From a virus, in IMG/VR virus record IMGVR_UViG_3300010885_014582, positions 30,014 to 94,013 of that record: a stretch of DNA of 64,000 bases; one strand, 5' to 3'. Position 1 is the first letter of the stretch. Every line of letters begins with the position of its first letter. Of this stretch, positions 19,794 through 29,769 are shown in pieces. The translations under genes and the position numbers were made by a program. The notes beneath the pieces are model-generated. The model was not told the origin of the DNA and did not search any database. It saw nothing but the letters and a program-made list of their open reading frames with translations.

Positions 19794-21488
19794 TTATGAT
19801 TCTTCGTCAGGCACACGACGCTGGGCGAACCGTGCTCCGTATGCCTTTGCTACAAGTTGATTTACCATCTGCTCTTCTTGTGGAGTGACCACTGCACCAG
19901 GCATTGGTCCACCACTATCAGGAGAGCCTCCTGTGGAAGATACATTAGCACCTCCAGCAGAAGCCATTTCTGGACCATCAGATCCAGGAATCATTCCAGT
20001 AGCCAGCATTACTGCTTGGCTGATCTGGGCACGGAGCATATCAAGTGCTCCTTGATCGACTGCGTCGTCTTGCAGTTCCTCAAAAATTTCGTCCATCTTC
20101 TCGTTCGGGAATTCTTCTCCAAGAAGGCGCAAAGCACCACGCTTGGATTCCAAACCAAGAGCCATCTTGGCTTGAACCTCATTGAGTTTGATGAGTTGGT
20201 CGACAGGGAGTGGCTCAGGCCAGTGAACCATTGTCTTGTAAGTAAGGGGGTCAGCAGGGTCTAGTGCCGTTGCTTGATCACGCTCAGGCATCGCTGCTTT
20301 ACTTGGATCATATTGAAGCATCTGTGGTTCAAACACAGCAGCAGTACGAATGATAATTTCATTTATACGCTCAAGACCTTTAGTAAAGTGAACCTTTTTC
20401 ATCATGAAACGGTTCATCATTGGCTGATACTGAATTGCCAAAGCAACACCAGAGGTGTTAGATACAGGTTGGAATTGACCAAGAGCGGTCTCAGGTACAC
20501 CAGTCATCTCATGCATAGAACGCTTAATGAAAGTGATGTATTCAAGAGCGCCAGCCATGTTTCCACTGGACTCAAGGTTGAATACGCTGGCGTCCTTAGG
20601 AAGACCTGCCCAAACTTTCTTAGGTCCACGCTCCAATTGAGAAGCCTTAGCGCCAGTAATAATAGTTACAGGAGCGGCGTGGTAGTTGATGATGTCAGAA
20701 ACTTCAACCATCTTCTCATTGAGTTCACGGTTAAGTGGGATGATATCCCAGATGTCTGACTGACCCCATGGAGAAGAAGAGATAGAGGTGTTGGGGATAT
20801 GCACAACAGGGATAGTTCCCAAAGCGTTGTCGTATTGATCAATTAGTTCGTCATTGATGAATTGTTGAATCATGTCATCAGAAAGAATTTCGGTAAAGGT
20901 GTAAACCTGACGAGTTCCTTCAGGAGATGTACCCCAGAAACGGTATTTAAGTTTAAAGCGAAGCAATCGGTCACGGTCATGTGGGTGATACTCAGGGAAG
21001 CAATGTGCTGGGTTCAACGGGATAACACGGATACGACCTTCAACAGGGATACCAACGCTGTCTACATATGGTTCTTCATATGCAATCTTTACAAAACAGT
21101 CACCAGTAACGGATGCTAGTTGACCCATTTCCCAAAGGACATAATGCTTGTTGTTATGGTTTTCCCATACTTGCGCCAGCAAATGAGGGATGATGGCTGA
21201 GTTTTGTTCTGGGCAACGAAATTGAACACCTTTACCAAAGCAAAAGTTGGTGATGTAGTCAGACATCGTGCGGACATAGTTAAGGTAGAACTGGGACTCA
21301 CCCATTTCACGACGGTATGACCAGTGGTGACCAAGGTACCAAGCCCATGCGGCTGAGTAACGGTTTAAGCGAGGTCCATGTACTTCAAACTCTTCGTCTG
21401 CTAATTCCACCAAACCAAGTGGGGAGATAGCAACAGTGAGGTCACTCGATGCTGCTCTATAAGATGGTGACCAGAAGTCCATTGCCAT
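19794..21488 (-). CDS. Portal protein (SPP1 gp6-like)
   Basis: TGDCFVK, IPVVHIPN, WGQSDI, SNTSGVAL motifs. Confidence 0.93.
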   Translation of the reverse strand: MAMDFWSPSYRAASSDLTVAISPLGLVELADEEFEVHGPRLNRYSAAWAWYLGHHWSYRREMGESQFYLNYVRTMSDYITNFCFGKGVQFRCPEQNSAIIPHLLAQVWENHNNKHYVLWEMGQLASVTGDCFVKIAYEEPYVDSVGIPVEGRIRVIPLNPAHCFPEYHPHDRDRLLRFKLKYRFWGTSPEGTRQVYTFTEILSDDMIQQFINDELIDQYDNALGTIPVVHIPNTSISSSPWGQSDIWDIIPLNRELNEKMVEVSDIINYHAAPVTIITGAKASQLERGPKKVWAGLPKDASVFNLESSGNMAGALEYITFIKRSMHEMTGVPETALGQFQPVSNTSGVALAIQYQPMMNRFMMKKVHFTKGLERINEIIIRTAAVFEPQMLQYDPSKAAMPERDQATALDPADPLTYKTMVHWPEPLPVDQLIKLNEVQAKMALGLESKRGALRLLGEEFPNEKMDEIFEELQDDAVDQGALDMLRAQISQAVMLATGMIPGSDGPEMASAGGANVSSTGGSPDSGGPMPGAVVTPQEEQMVNQLVAKAYGARFAQRRVPDEES

Positions 21489-21501
21489 GAGTTAGACCTT
21501 A

Positions 21502-22170
21502 CTACTTTTTTGTGGTTGGTGGAGGCTGTAATTGACTACCAGCACCAGTAAAGATGAATGTTCCTTGACCCGCTGGAACTACTGCTTTTTTACGACCACG
21601 ACCACGGGAGAATCTTTGTGTTTCTGTTGTAGCACCAGTAACTACTTCTGTACCGACAGGTGCTTCTGAAGTAGTGTATCGCTCTGCTTCACCTGGGTCT
21701 AACTCAACATTTCCACCAGCCCTTTTTAAAACATCAGGATGTGTGGGGTTATATTCTGTAGTAAATGTTTCAATATTGTAGATACCCATTTGGTTTCCAC
21801 CAACAGCGGAAGTTCGTGCTAAGCGATTACTGCGTGGGGTGTCTTTAAATACACGAGAAACATCTTGAAAGATGTGAGGCTTACCTGATTCGTCAGTATC
21901 CGCCCACATACCGAGTGCACGGTTAGGACGACCCGTTAGTTTTGCGTGATTTTCTGGTGTATGCATATAACGCATTACATCAGTAACACCAAAGTCATCT
22001 GTTGGCACACGCTCTTCATGACCAGGTAGAGATACAGAAGTACCAGAAGTTGGTGATTTTCCAGAAGCAAAGGTGGTTGATCCACCATTTGCAAGAGTGT
22101 CAGCAACTAATTTATGTGGGTCAATTCCTGGGTATAGAAATTCACCATTATCAAATGTCTTTTCTGACAT
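21502..22170 (-). CDS. Hypothetical protein (candidate internal virion protein)
   Basis: Full ORF coupled to its neighbours, in the head module. Confidence 0.6.
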   Translation of the reverse strand: MSEKTFDNGEFLYPGIDPHKLVADTLANGGSTTFASGKSPTSGTSVSLPGHEERVPTDDFGVTDVMRYMHTPENHAKLTGRPNRALGMWADTDESGKPHIFQDVSRVFKDTPRSNRLARTSAVGGNQMGIYNIETFTTEYNPTHPDVLKRAGGNVELDPGEAERYTTSEAPVGTEVVTGATTETQRFSRGRGRKKAVVPAGQGTFIFTGAGSQLQPPPTTKK

Positions 22171-22502
22171 CAGGCACCAGCCTTAGGAGCCGCCTTCTTA
22201 GCAGGAGCCGCCTTCTTAGCAGGGGCTTTTTTCTTTGCTACTGCAACAGTCAATTCTTCAACAACTTCAGGAAGTTCTACGGAAGCCTTGGCTAGGAAGT
22301 TAGCAGTTCCCTTGTCACCAACGAGGGTGCTGGCATAAGCAAGACCTGTAATAACGAGTGGCATAATTGCAGCCTGTGCGCCTGGATCAATATTTGCCTT
22401 AGCAAGGAAATAAGAGAGTGCGCCGACAGCGGCACCCTTGAGAGTCTGGTCTGCGACCTGTTGGTTCTTTGTAGCCATGAATGCTCCTAGTAGAAGTGAC
22501 AC
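22170..22502 (-). CDS. Membrane protein with Lys/Ala/Pro histone-like tail
   Basis: Two hydrophobic helices, then KKAPAKKAAPAKKAAPK; the true start may be the ATG of MATKNQ. Confidence 0.65.
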   Translation of the reverse strand: MSLLLGAFMATKNQQVADQTLKGAAVGALSYFLAKANIDPGAQAAIMPLVITGLAYASTLVGDKGTANFLAKASVELPEVVEELTVAVAKKKAPAKKAAPAKKAAPKAGA

Positions 22503-22511
22503 TCAATGATA

Positions 22512-23126
22512 CTATTTTTTAGAATCTCGTTCTTGCATAAAGGATTGGAAGGGTGCTCCCGTGTATGGATCAAACTTACTAGCCACGGTAATTGCCTTAT
22601 TTGCAACGGTTTTAGCCTGCTGTGGTGTCAACTGTTTACCTACCGCAAGGGTGTGTAAAGCGCCCAAAGCGTAAGAGGAACCTGTACCTACAGCGTAAAT
22701 ACCATTGCTATCGCTAGTCCAAGAGTAGTCACCCTCAAGAATATAGATAGTCCCATGGACAACTACAATGATGGTTGACCCTTGTTCAGCAATATGTTCT
22801 TTGTCATCTTTTGCTGAGGAATAACCCTGCTCGTCAAAACAAGACCTAAGAGAAGGTATGAACTGACGGGTAATGAACTGATCAAGTTTCTTACCAAGAG
22901 TATTGGCAGGTGGTATTGGTGGAACAAACACATGCTGAAGGATGTTGATTGCTCGAACATCTCCAGCAGCGCCCATGATGTACTTACCATTAGCGGCAAT
23001 CTTGGATGTTCCAGCCCCAAGGGTAGTTACCTGATATGCCGACCCTGAGTCGTCAAATGAGGCAATACGACTATCTGTGCAAAGTACCGCATAGTTGTCA
23101 CCTTGGATACCCACAATAGTTGTCAT
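22512..23126 (-). CDS. HslV / proteasome beta-type Ntn protease
   Basis: Start reassigned to MTTIVG (N-terminal Thr nucleophile, TAATG coupling); DSR, GAAGD, AVGTGSSYALGAL, DPYTG. Confidence 0.88.
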   Translation of the reverse strand: MTTIVGIQGDNYAVLCTDSRIASFDDSGSAYQVTTLGAGTSKIAANGKYIMGAAGDVRAINILQHVFVPPIPPANTLGKKLDQFITRQFIPSLRSCFDEQGYSSAKDDKEHIAEQGSTIIVVVHGTIYILEGDYSWTSDSNGIYAVGTGSSYALGALHTLAVGKQLTPQQAKTVANKAITVASKFDPYTGAPFQSFMQERDSKK

Positions 23127-24289
23127 TAGGCGGTGTATTCCTTGTTGTGGTACATCGCCCAACCATCTCGGATGGGGATCATCTCAAGGTTGAATTCGGC
23201 ATCACCATCTTTGTAGTTGACTACACAGAGACCCTGTTGCCAGTTCTCAGTGATTGTCATCGGGCGACCGTCAAGGTCGATACCACCTTTAGTAGATGGT
23301 ACAGCGCCATCAACACGAGCAAGGCAACCAGCAGAAGCCGCAAGGATGGTCTTACGACCGTCATAGTCTTCACGGGTTACTTCTGCCCACTCACGGCGGT
23401 GGATGTGTCCATAGAGCACTGAGGTCTTTTCATTAGCCAAATACATGTGTGCTGTAGAGCCGTTGCTTTTAACACGAGTACCATGGATAACTTTCAACTT
23501 CTGATTAATCCAATAGTAACCAGCAGGGTAGCCAGGAACATATTGAATATTGAAATCATTAAAACGACAGAGGAACGGAACCGAAAGTACGGGCCAGTTG
23601 TCTGGTGTGTCTCCACGCCTCAAACCAAAAGAAGCCTTTGCATTATCTAATGTGTAGTTAACAAGACGCTCTTCATGGTTTCCAGCAAGCCAAACAATTT
23701 CAGCGTCAGGAGCAGCAGCACGAATACGAGCCATAAGAATTGTTGCGTAGTCAATTGATTTTTGAGTTGTCAATGCATAGGCAGGACTAAGTCGGTATTT
23801 ACCAAACTCAGCAAAGTCCAAGTTGTCACCATGCATGACTACTTTTTCAGGCTTTAAATCCTTGATCATTGCAACGCAGATGTCGATAGCCCGCTCATCA
23901 TGGATACCTTCAAGTTCACCTAATGCATTACGAAAGTAGCCGATCTGCATGTCAGGTAGGACTACTGCTGTATTCCACTCTGTTTTCTTTGGTGTTTTAG
24001 TTACATTGTTTGTTGGCAATTTAACAGCAGGACCTTGGTTAACAGGATCCCATTCAGGACCTTCTGCCCACTTTGGTGAGAACTGAATAGCCGCAAGGTC
24101 GTGAATTTGTGCTTCACCATCTTGGTCTTTAGTTAGTGATTGATAAAGAGATACACGCTTTACTGAACCAATTTCGTCAATGTCAATCTTCTGACGATCA
24201 AGAATCTCAAGAAGTTTTCCAAGAGCCTTAGCGTTGTTTGCTGGTTTGTCTAGATCATTCGCCAAGTTGCTCACAAGGACACTCCCCAT
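23126..24289 (-). CDS. Calcineurin-like metallophosphoesterase
   Basis: PDMQ, GDNLD, GNHE, HG, GHIHR motifs. Confidence 0.88.
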   Translation of the reverse strand: MGSVLVSNLANDLDKPANNAKALGKLLEILDRQKIDIDEIGSVKRVSLYQSLTKDQDGEAQIHDLAAIQFSPKWAEGPEWDPVNQGPAVKLPTNNVTKTPKKTEWNTAVVLPDMQIGYFRNALGELEGIHDERAIDICVAMIKDLKPEKVVMHGDNLDFAEFGKYRLSPAYALTTQKSIDYATILMARIRAAAPDAEIVWLAGNHEERLVNYTLDNAKASFGLRRGDTPDNWPVLSVPFLCRFNDFNIQYVPGYPAGYYWINQKLKVIHGTRVKSNGSTAHMYLANEKTSVLYGHIHRREWAEVTREDYDGRKTILAASAGCLARVDGAVPSTKGGIDLDGRPMTITENWQQGLCVVNYKDGDAEFNLEMIPIRDGWAMYHNKEYTA

Positions 24290-24548
24290 TTATATGTCGT
24301 TGGATTGTACTGATGCTTACTGAATGTCCATGCTTACGCAAATTCTGTGTAAGCCAAGAAGCGCTGTAAGTCTTTGAACGACCTTGTCCTCTGTCTGCTT
24401 TGATTAAAGCAATTGCTCTGTTAAGAGCCTCAATGTCTTTTGTTTCCATGTCTGACATGATGACGGACAACTTGCAATGAACTTGGTTAGCGTTCAAGCG
24501 AGGTTCCATCAAATCGTCATACAAAGACCTACTGGTCTTATCTGCCAT
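24255..24548 (-). CDS. Hypothetical protein, possible HTH with terminal CxC
   Basis: ASWLTQNLRKHGHSVSISTIQRHINGECPC. Confidence 0.6.
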   Translation of the reverse strand: MADKTSRSLYDDLMEPRLNANQVHCKLSVIMSDMETKDIEALNRAIALIKADRGQGRSKTYSASWLTQNLRKHGHSVSISTIQRHINGECPCEQLGE

Positions 24549-24633
24549 TTTGACTCCCTAGGATATCTATGCAGAGTTCTATTCAAGAACTCACTGTGCA
24601 TCGTATCACGAACTAATGCACGATGCTAAGACT

Positions 24634-24831
24634 TTACTTCTTCAGGTGCCAATCAACATGGTCGTCAAGTCTTTCAGCGACATGGTTAACGCTGTCTTGA
24701 ACTTTATCCAAGCGTTGCATTACTTGACCGTGGTCAAGCGAGTTAGCCTTCTTCATTGATTTAAACTCTTTAATTGAAAAACCAAAGGTAGTAATTACTG
24801 CAACAATAATGGTGGCGATTGCGGGATCCAT
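24634..24831 (-). CDS. Small single-TM coiled-coil protein (holin/lysis-associated-like)
   Basis: N-terminal TM helix, DHG motif, RLDDHVDWH tail. Confidence 0.6.
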   Translation of the reverse strand: MDPAIATIIVAVITTFGFSIKEFKSMKKANSLDHGQVMQRLDKVQDSVNHVAERLDDHVDWHLKK

Positions 24832-24833
24832 AA

Positions 24834-25544
24834 TTAATCTGTAATACCATGGATATTACGCCATCTAACCCAGTTGATTGCTTGAGTTTGCCCAGGGTTT
24901 AAACCTTCTAAACCAGAAACGGTATTTAGTCGGTTGGTTGCAGCCATGTGAGCATCTACAAAAGTGCTGTAACGACCAATTGCGCCAAGTCTTCGATCAC
25001 GACCACCCCAACGCTCGTTGATTGTTGCGTCATGAGCATGTCGATCAATAGTTACCGCAGAACTGTCAGAGGGGTCATTTATATTTCTAAAAAAATGACC
25101 AGTCTTTACCTTCATAGGAAGTAGTTCTTCGGGATCTCGTCCTTCACGAATTTCATTTGCACGCCTAATAGTGTCTTGAGTAATGAATCCGTGGGTGGTT
25201 CCAGTACGACCAATTTCTCTAGCCATTCGAACATTCTCACCCCAAGAGTTTTGAGGACTTGTTATTGCCAAGATTCCTGCACCCTTGCGGATGTCACCAT
25301 TACCTACTTCATGTGCAATTTCTTGAGCCTTGGGATACCACATTTTCCCTGATTCAATCTCATCATCTGAAGCGGTTAGTACACCATGTTCAATGTTTCT
25401 TGTCATGGTTGCAAATTGTTGTGGATGTAAGTTTTTTCCTCTAACACCAATAACATCACCACCTTTTGCAGGAAGTACTCGTCGTGGTGTGTAACTTAGA
25501 CCTTTGTCATCTGGGACAATTAGCCCACTCTCAGTCATAGCCAT
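24834..25544 (-). CDS. HhH DNA-glycosylase-like protein (DUF7178-like, tentative)
   Basis: GKMWY, AITSPQNSWGEN, KTGHFFRNI, VTIDRHA, QAINW. Confidence 0.55.
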   Translation of the reverse strand: MAMTESGLIVPDDKGLSYTPRRVLPAKGGDVIGVRGKNLHPQQFATMTRNIEHGVLTASDDEIESGKMWYPKAQEIAHEVGNGDIRKGAGILAITSPQNSWGENVRMAREIGRTGTTHGFITQDTIRRANEIREGRDPEELLPMKVKTGHFFRNINDPSDSSAVTIDRHAHDATINERWGGRDRRLGAIGRYSTFVDAHMAATNRLNTVSGLEGLNPGQTQAINWVRWRNIHGITD

Positions 25545-26014
25545 CAGTACTGACCGCCAGAATCAGTATTCTCTTTGTTTACTTTACGGTATGAAGAGGT
25601 TCCACGCTGACGCTGACGGCTTGAGTCTGTAGGGCGAGAAGGACGACGGACACCCTCTTGCTTCTTATCAATGTCACTACCTTGTGACTTAAATAGGTCA
25701 AGAGGATCAGTGTAAGGGGTACCAGTTCCAGCCATATGGCGCTCGACATCAATACCACCACGAGGACCCATTGGCGTTGGTACAAACGGACTTGGATAGT
25801 CAGTGCCGTAATCTTGGCGTTGGTAGAACTGCTCGCTCAGAAATTCTTTTTTGCGAGTACGCAAAGCAGGAGAAAAGTTATATGGAACCATTGATCCTGC
25901 GTATACAGGAGCAATTGGCATGCTTTCAGTTGTGGTTGGGCCGCTACTGTCCTGTGCGGGAGCGCTGGCTTCACCTGCGCCTTCTGCACCGTCTGCGCCT
26001 TCTGCGCCTTCCAT
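25544..26014 (-). CDS. Hypothetical low-complexity protein
   Basis: ORF in operon; contains LSEQF. Confidence 0.6.
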   Translation of the reverse strand: MEGAEGADGAEGAGEASAPAQDSSGPTTTESMPIAPVYAGSMVPYNFSPALRTRKKEFLSEQFYQRQDYGTDYPSPFVPTPMGPRGGIDVERHMAGTGTPYTDPLDLFKSQGSDIDKKQEGVRRPSRPTDSSRQRQRGTSSYRKVNKENTDSGGQY

Positions 26015-26019
26015 GAGTA

Positions 26020-26421
26020 CTAGTCGTTAACGACTGTTGGGTTTGGACGGTTCATGTGTCCACCCGTGTTGTACTCATACTCGAAATATGGCATTGAGTC
26101 ACCAGCGACTGAACCCTGTACGAACTCTGAAAGAACCGTAGGAGCCTCAATCCAAGCAGCAGCGCCAACATGGGCACGCTCTTGCATTGTCTGTTCTGCA
26201 TGCTTGTAGAACATCTCTGGGTTGTTATGGTTCATGCGACCACGAGCAGGTGCGGTATCAAGATACGCTCCCTGAGCGAAGTCATTAGGAACATCGGTGT
26301 CTGTGGCGACACCCTCTTCAAAACGAAGAGGTCCTTTGTTACCTGGAATGCTTGGAGCGAAACTGCGCTCAAATACATTTGGCGCCTTTTCTGCGAACTG
26401 TGGGCTTGGTGCTACTGACAC
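26020..26421 (-). CDS. Hypothetical virion-associated protein
   Basis: Strong GGAGG RBS; GPLRFEEGVATDTDVP, ERAHVGAAAW. Confidence 0.7.
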   Translation of the reverse strand: MSVAPSPQFAEKAPNVFERSFAPSIPGNKGPLRFEEGVATDTDVPNDFAQGAYLDTAPARGRMNHNNPEMFYKHAEQTMQERAHVGAAAWIEAPTVLSEFVQGSVAGDSMPYFEYEYNTGGHMNRPNPTVVND

Positions 26422-26482
26422 TATTTACTCCTCCATAAAGGGGTATTGACTTATTTACAAGAATATCATTTTTAAGAGGGTG

Positions 26483-28045
26483 TTATCTGAAAAACGGGCT
26501 AGTTGAGGCTTGAACCTGTGGCATCGTATCCATAACTGTCAAAGCACAAGCAATAGCAAGGCTGTCAGGATAGTCGTCAAAAGCACCACGCTCATTGGGA
26601 GCAGCCGCTAAAAGGTACGGTCCTTTATAGATTTTTTCAAGGTCAGACATTTGTTGGTTAAAGCGCTTCCATGTGCGGGTACGCCTAGCCTTAGAATGTC
26701 CTGGAAGAATTAACTGATCTCTCTGAATTAATTCGGTTAAATGCACCCAGCGCTCGTTCTGAGCCTTTGAATCCGATGAGATGGGCAATACCTCAATATC
26801 AGGCAGTAGAAGCGCCAGACGCTCTGCTACAGCGCCTCCGACGCCCTGTGAGTCCACTCCCACCCTTAGGAGGTCGTAATGTCGCAGGAAATCAATAATA
26901 TGGAAATATTGTGCTTCCCATTCCTCATTGTTAATCTCAAGCCAGTTGAGGACACGGTGTTCATAGAAACCAAATGGGTCTGGATGATCCCAGTCAACCC
27001 ATACAACGGTAACTACTGTGGAGTCATTTGAGCGAGCCACATCGATTCCTGCCACACAGGGTGTACGCCACCATTCTTTAACCAAAGGCATGGACTGGTC
27101 GTACAGACGATCCATACGCTCTTCAGTAACGAACATTCCTTTTTCAAGAATGAACTTATTGCAGTACGACATCTGGAACTCGTCCGAGTCTTCCCCGATG
27201 CGTAACTTCTCTTTAGAGATAAACTTTGAGTAGTTGTCGTTGTACTTTGAGGCAACCCTATGGTCGTACTCAAAGTGAGCCTCACGGAAACGCTTTCCAC
27301 CGTTAGCGGAACGACGCTTGTTGTACTGAATCATACGGTAGAAATAGGATTTCTGACGGTTAGCAGTTCCTGTAAGAGCAATCGATCCGTTGTTGAACGC
27401 CAGCATGGGTTTGATTGACTTAGCGATCATGGTCTCATCGGCTTCCTGAGCCTCATCGATAAGGACGAAGTGGTAAGTCTTAGACTCAATCTTTGCCTTA
27501 GGGTTACATGTCTGCATACGGCAGAGTGATCCAGCATGCTTCAAAGTGATTAGGCGACCACGACCACGGGTACCACCACCTGTTGCCTTGTCATCAATCT
27601 CAGGGTCAAGAAGGAACTGCATAGCGTGGTCACTAGTTAGTTTTGTGACAATACGACTAAATACAGTTTCTGCCTGCTCTTCGGTAGGAGCAAACACGCC
27701 TACCCAAAAACCTCTGTCAAACTTCTCTAACCATGTCGGATAGATGGGTGCCAACTTAGGAAGGATGACCATCATGCCAGCCATAACTGCTGAAAGAACT
27801 TCTGACTTACCTGACTGACGGGTAGCGACCACAGTCAACTCATCACCATCTCCCAGAACTACAGATTCAATAATGCGGTAGGCAATAGGTATCTGGTAGG
27901 GAAAGAACTCAATATCACAGAACTCTTCTGTAAAGATTATAATTCGTTTTACTAGTTGGTCAATAAATTCCGCAGAAGTTTCGTCCAGTTCTTCGGGGTC
28001 ACCAAAGTCTTCCAGTGGTTCGACTAGGTCTTCCTGCTCGATCAT
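26483..28045 (-). CDS. terL: Terminase large subunit
   Basis: Walker A RQSGKS, Walker B LIDEAQ, nuclease GIDVA and DDYPDS. Confidence 0.95.
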   Translation of the reverse strand: MIEQEDLVEPLEDFGDPEELDETSAEFIDQLVKRIIIFTEEFCDIEFFPYQIPIAYRIIESVVLGDGDELTVVATRQSGKSEVLSAVMAGMMVILPKLAPIYPTWLEKFDRGFWVGVFAPTEEQAETVFSRIVTKLTSDHAMQFLLDPEIDDKATGGGTRGRGRLITLKHAGSLCRMQTCNPKAKIESKTYHFVLIDEAQEADETMIAKSIKPMLAFNNGSIALTGTANRQKSYFYRMIQYNKRRSANGGKRFREAHFEYDHRVASKYNDNYSKFISKEKLRIGEDSDEFQMSYCNKFILEKGMFVTEERMDRLYDQSMPLVKEWWRTPCVAGIDVARSNDSTVVTVVWVDWDHPDPFGFYEHRVLNWLEINNEEWEAQYFHIIDFLRHYDLLRVGVDSQGVGGAVAERLALLLPDIEVLPISSDSKAQNERWVHLTELIQRDQLILPGHSKARRTRTWKRFNQQMSDLEKIYKGPYLLAAAPNERGAFDDYPDSLAIACALTVMDTMPQVQASTSPFFR

Positions 28046-28290
28046 GTGACGATGCGGCTCCGTTGTTCATCCCATAAGTCTTTTACAAGATTCATGATTG
28101 TAGTAAATTCGTCTGGGTCACCTTTGTGGAAAGCCCATTTGTCGTAAGCCGCACCTAGTTCCATCAAGCATGAATTAAGCCAACCACGAAGTTGGATATC
28201 ATCCATGTTCTTGATTCGGTCAGGCCGTGGTCGTTCTGGTTGTTTTGCTTCTTTTCTGAATATCATTCCAATTCCCAATTTCTTTGGCAC
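28042..28290 (-). CDS. Hypothetical protein (start uncertain)
   Basis: Overlaps the terL start (ATGA). Confidence 0.55.
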   Translation of the reverse strand: MPKKLGIGMIFRKEAKQPERPRPDRIKNMDDIQLRGWLNSCLMELGAAYDKWAFHKGDPDEFTTIMNLVKDLWDEQRSRIVT

Positions 28291-28681
28291 TGATGTCTAG
28301 GTACTTACCTTGAATGGCAGAGAGCGTACCTGCTGTATCATCAAGATTTTGCTTATGGCATAAACCAATCTGGATACTGCGCTTAAATACAGCAACATAG
28401 ATTCCTGCGCCTTTTCTCCATGGAGCGCTCAACTCATGCATAGTACCAAACCCAGCAGACAACTGGCGAGGGTCATGTCGGGTAATCCAATACACAGGAC
28501 CAATACCTTGGACGATGTCTGTAGTTCCCCTAAACACTAAATATGCGTAAGTAAGAAAAGGAATAATAAATGAGGGGTGTAGAACCACCGTCATGTACAG
28601 ATATACCAACATAAAAACTAAGGGTGCATACCCCAGTATGTGTTGTGCCTTCTTATAGATCGTCCGTGTTTGCTGTGTCAT
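28220..28681 (-). CDS. Hypothetical membrane protein
   Basis: Two N-terminal TM segments. Confidence 0.55.
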   Translation of the reverse strand: MTQQTRTIYKKAQHILGYAPLVFMLVYLYMTVVLHPSFIIPFLTYAYLVFRGTTDIVQGIGPVYWITRHDPRQLSAGFGTMHELSAPWRKGAGIYVAVFKRSIQIGLCHKQNLDDTAGTLSAIQGKYLDISAKEIGNWNDIQKRSKTTRTTTA

Positions 28682-29234
28682 CTCGTGAACCTATTCTGCT
28701 GTATTTGTAGTTGTTAAGGAATTGATTAATAAATCTGCCCTTAGACTCACTGTTTGCAAAGTTGTTGTAAACGCTTTCTGGAACATGTGAGTATTTATAG
28801 ATGTCATTAGCATGACTTCCATTAAGGTGTGGTTGAAATCTAACATACACAGTACCCAATGTGTTTGTCCTTGTAGCCACTCCTGCTTTTTCAATCAGGT
28901 ATGTGCGGTCAGGAGAGTGCGGAACAAACTTGTGTGACCTAACCCGTGTACTGCTACCAGGACCTCTTCCATAGTTATCCTTTGGAGGCTTTGCATCGAT
29001 GACTTCCTGTGTGGCGTAATCAATGGGTATCCCACTATTCTCACCAATTGTGTCGGGGGTTTTTCGTGCACCCCAAGGTTGACCAAACATGTTGAATTCA
29101 GAAAGTTCATTTCCTTGTTCAGAGGAAGGTGCTTCTGTAGGGATCTGACGCATATTCCTGTTGGTGTTAATGCGACCTTCTTCAGCAAGTATGTCATTAA
29201 GTGACTTGCCCAGTCTTCTTTTTGGTGTTGCCAT
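28653..29234 (-). CDS. KTSC-domain protein
   Basis: GTVYVRF...YKYSHVPESVYNNF..SESKGRFIN. Confidence 0.75.
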   Translation of the reverse strand: MATPKRRLGKSLNDILAEEGRINTNRNMRQIPTEAPSSEQGNELSEFNMFGQPWGARKTPDTIGENSGIPIDYATQEVIDAKPPKDNYGRGPGSSTRVRSHKFVPHSPDRTYLIEKAGVATRTNTLGTVYVRFQPHLNGSHANDIYKYSHVPESVYNNFANSESKGRFINQFLNNYKYSRIGSRDDTANTDDL

Positions 29235-29761
29235 TATTCAGGCTTAGGAAGTGCCCGCCACGCTGCTTCAAACTTTGCGGCGTCTTTTGCCATCTCTGGA
29301 GAAAGTTCTAAATGCAACCAAAAACCGCCGAATGAACCAGCATTATCGGACTCACTAAAAATCTTCACCCCTTGTAAATTTTCGCCTCTTGAACAGCGGA
29401 AGCCTCTTCCATAACCTTTGTTTTTGTCTTTAGGATTTGCGTCAAAGGCGTAGTCGTGAATTTCTTCAATTCCTAATTCTTTTGTGTACTTGATAAACCA
29501 GTCCCACATGGCAACGCCAACCTTGCGGTCGTCATACCCAATATCGACCGCAGCCCCAGTGGAATGGACTGAAAGCCATTTTTCCATGCCAGGGTCGCCA
29601 ATCTTCTTACCCTCGGTATGAGAGTTCCTCATCAATCTGGCGGAATAAATCCCCAGGTTCTTAGTTTTCCATCTGGCCGCACAAAGCGCAGCGAGTTTTT
29701 CTGTGCCAGGCTGTGCCTTTTTTCCGTCAAAACTGGGGTAATAAGAATATTTTCTGGGCAT
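29234..29761 (-). CDS. Zinc peptidase of the M15/extensin-like clan; candidate endolysin
   Basis: SVHSTGAAVD...WLHLE metal-binding motif. Confidence 0.7.
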   Translation of the reverse strand: MPRKYSYYPSFDGKKAQPGTEKLAALCAARWKTKNLGIYSARLMRNSHTEGKKIGDPGMEKWLSVHSTGAAVDIGYDDRKVGVAMWDWFIKYTKELGIEEIHDYAFDANPKDKNKGYGRGFRCSRGENLQGVKIFSESDNAGSFGGFWLHLELSPEMAKDAAKFEAAWRALPKPE

Positions 29762-29769
29762 AATGTTCC

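Noticed and set aside
28042-29234. Terminase small subunit upstream of terL
   Set aside because: The adjacent ORFs look like a short helical protein, a membrane protein and a KTSC protein; none could be supported as TerS.
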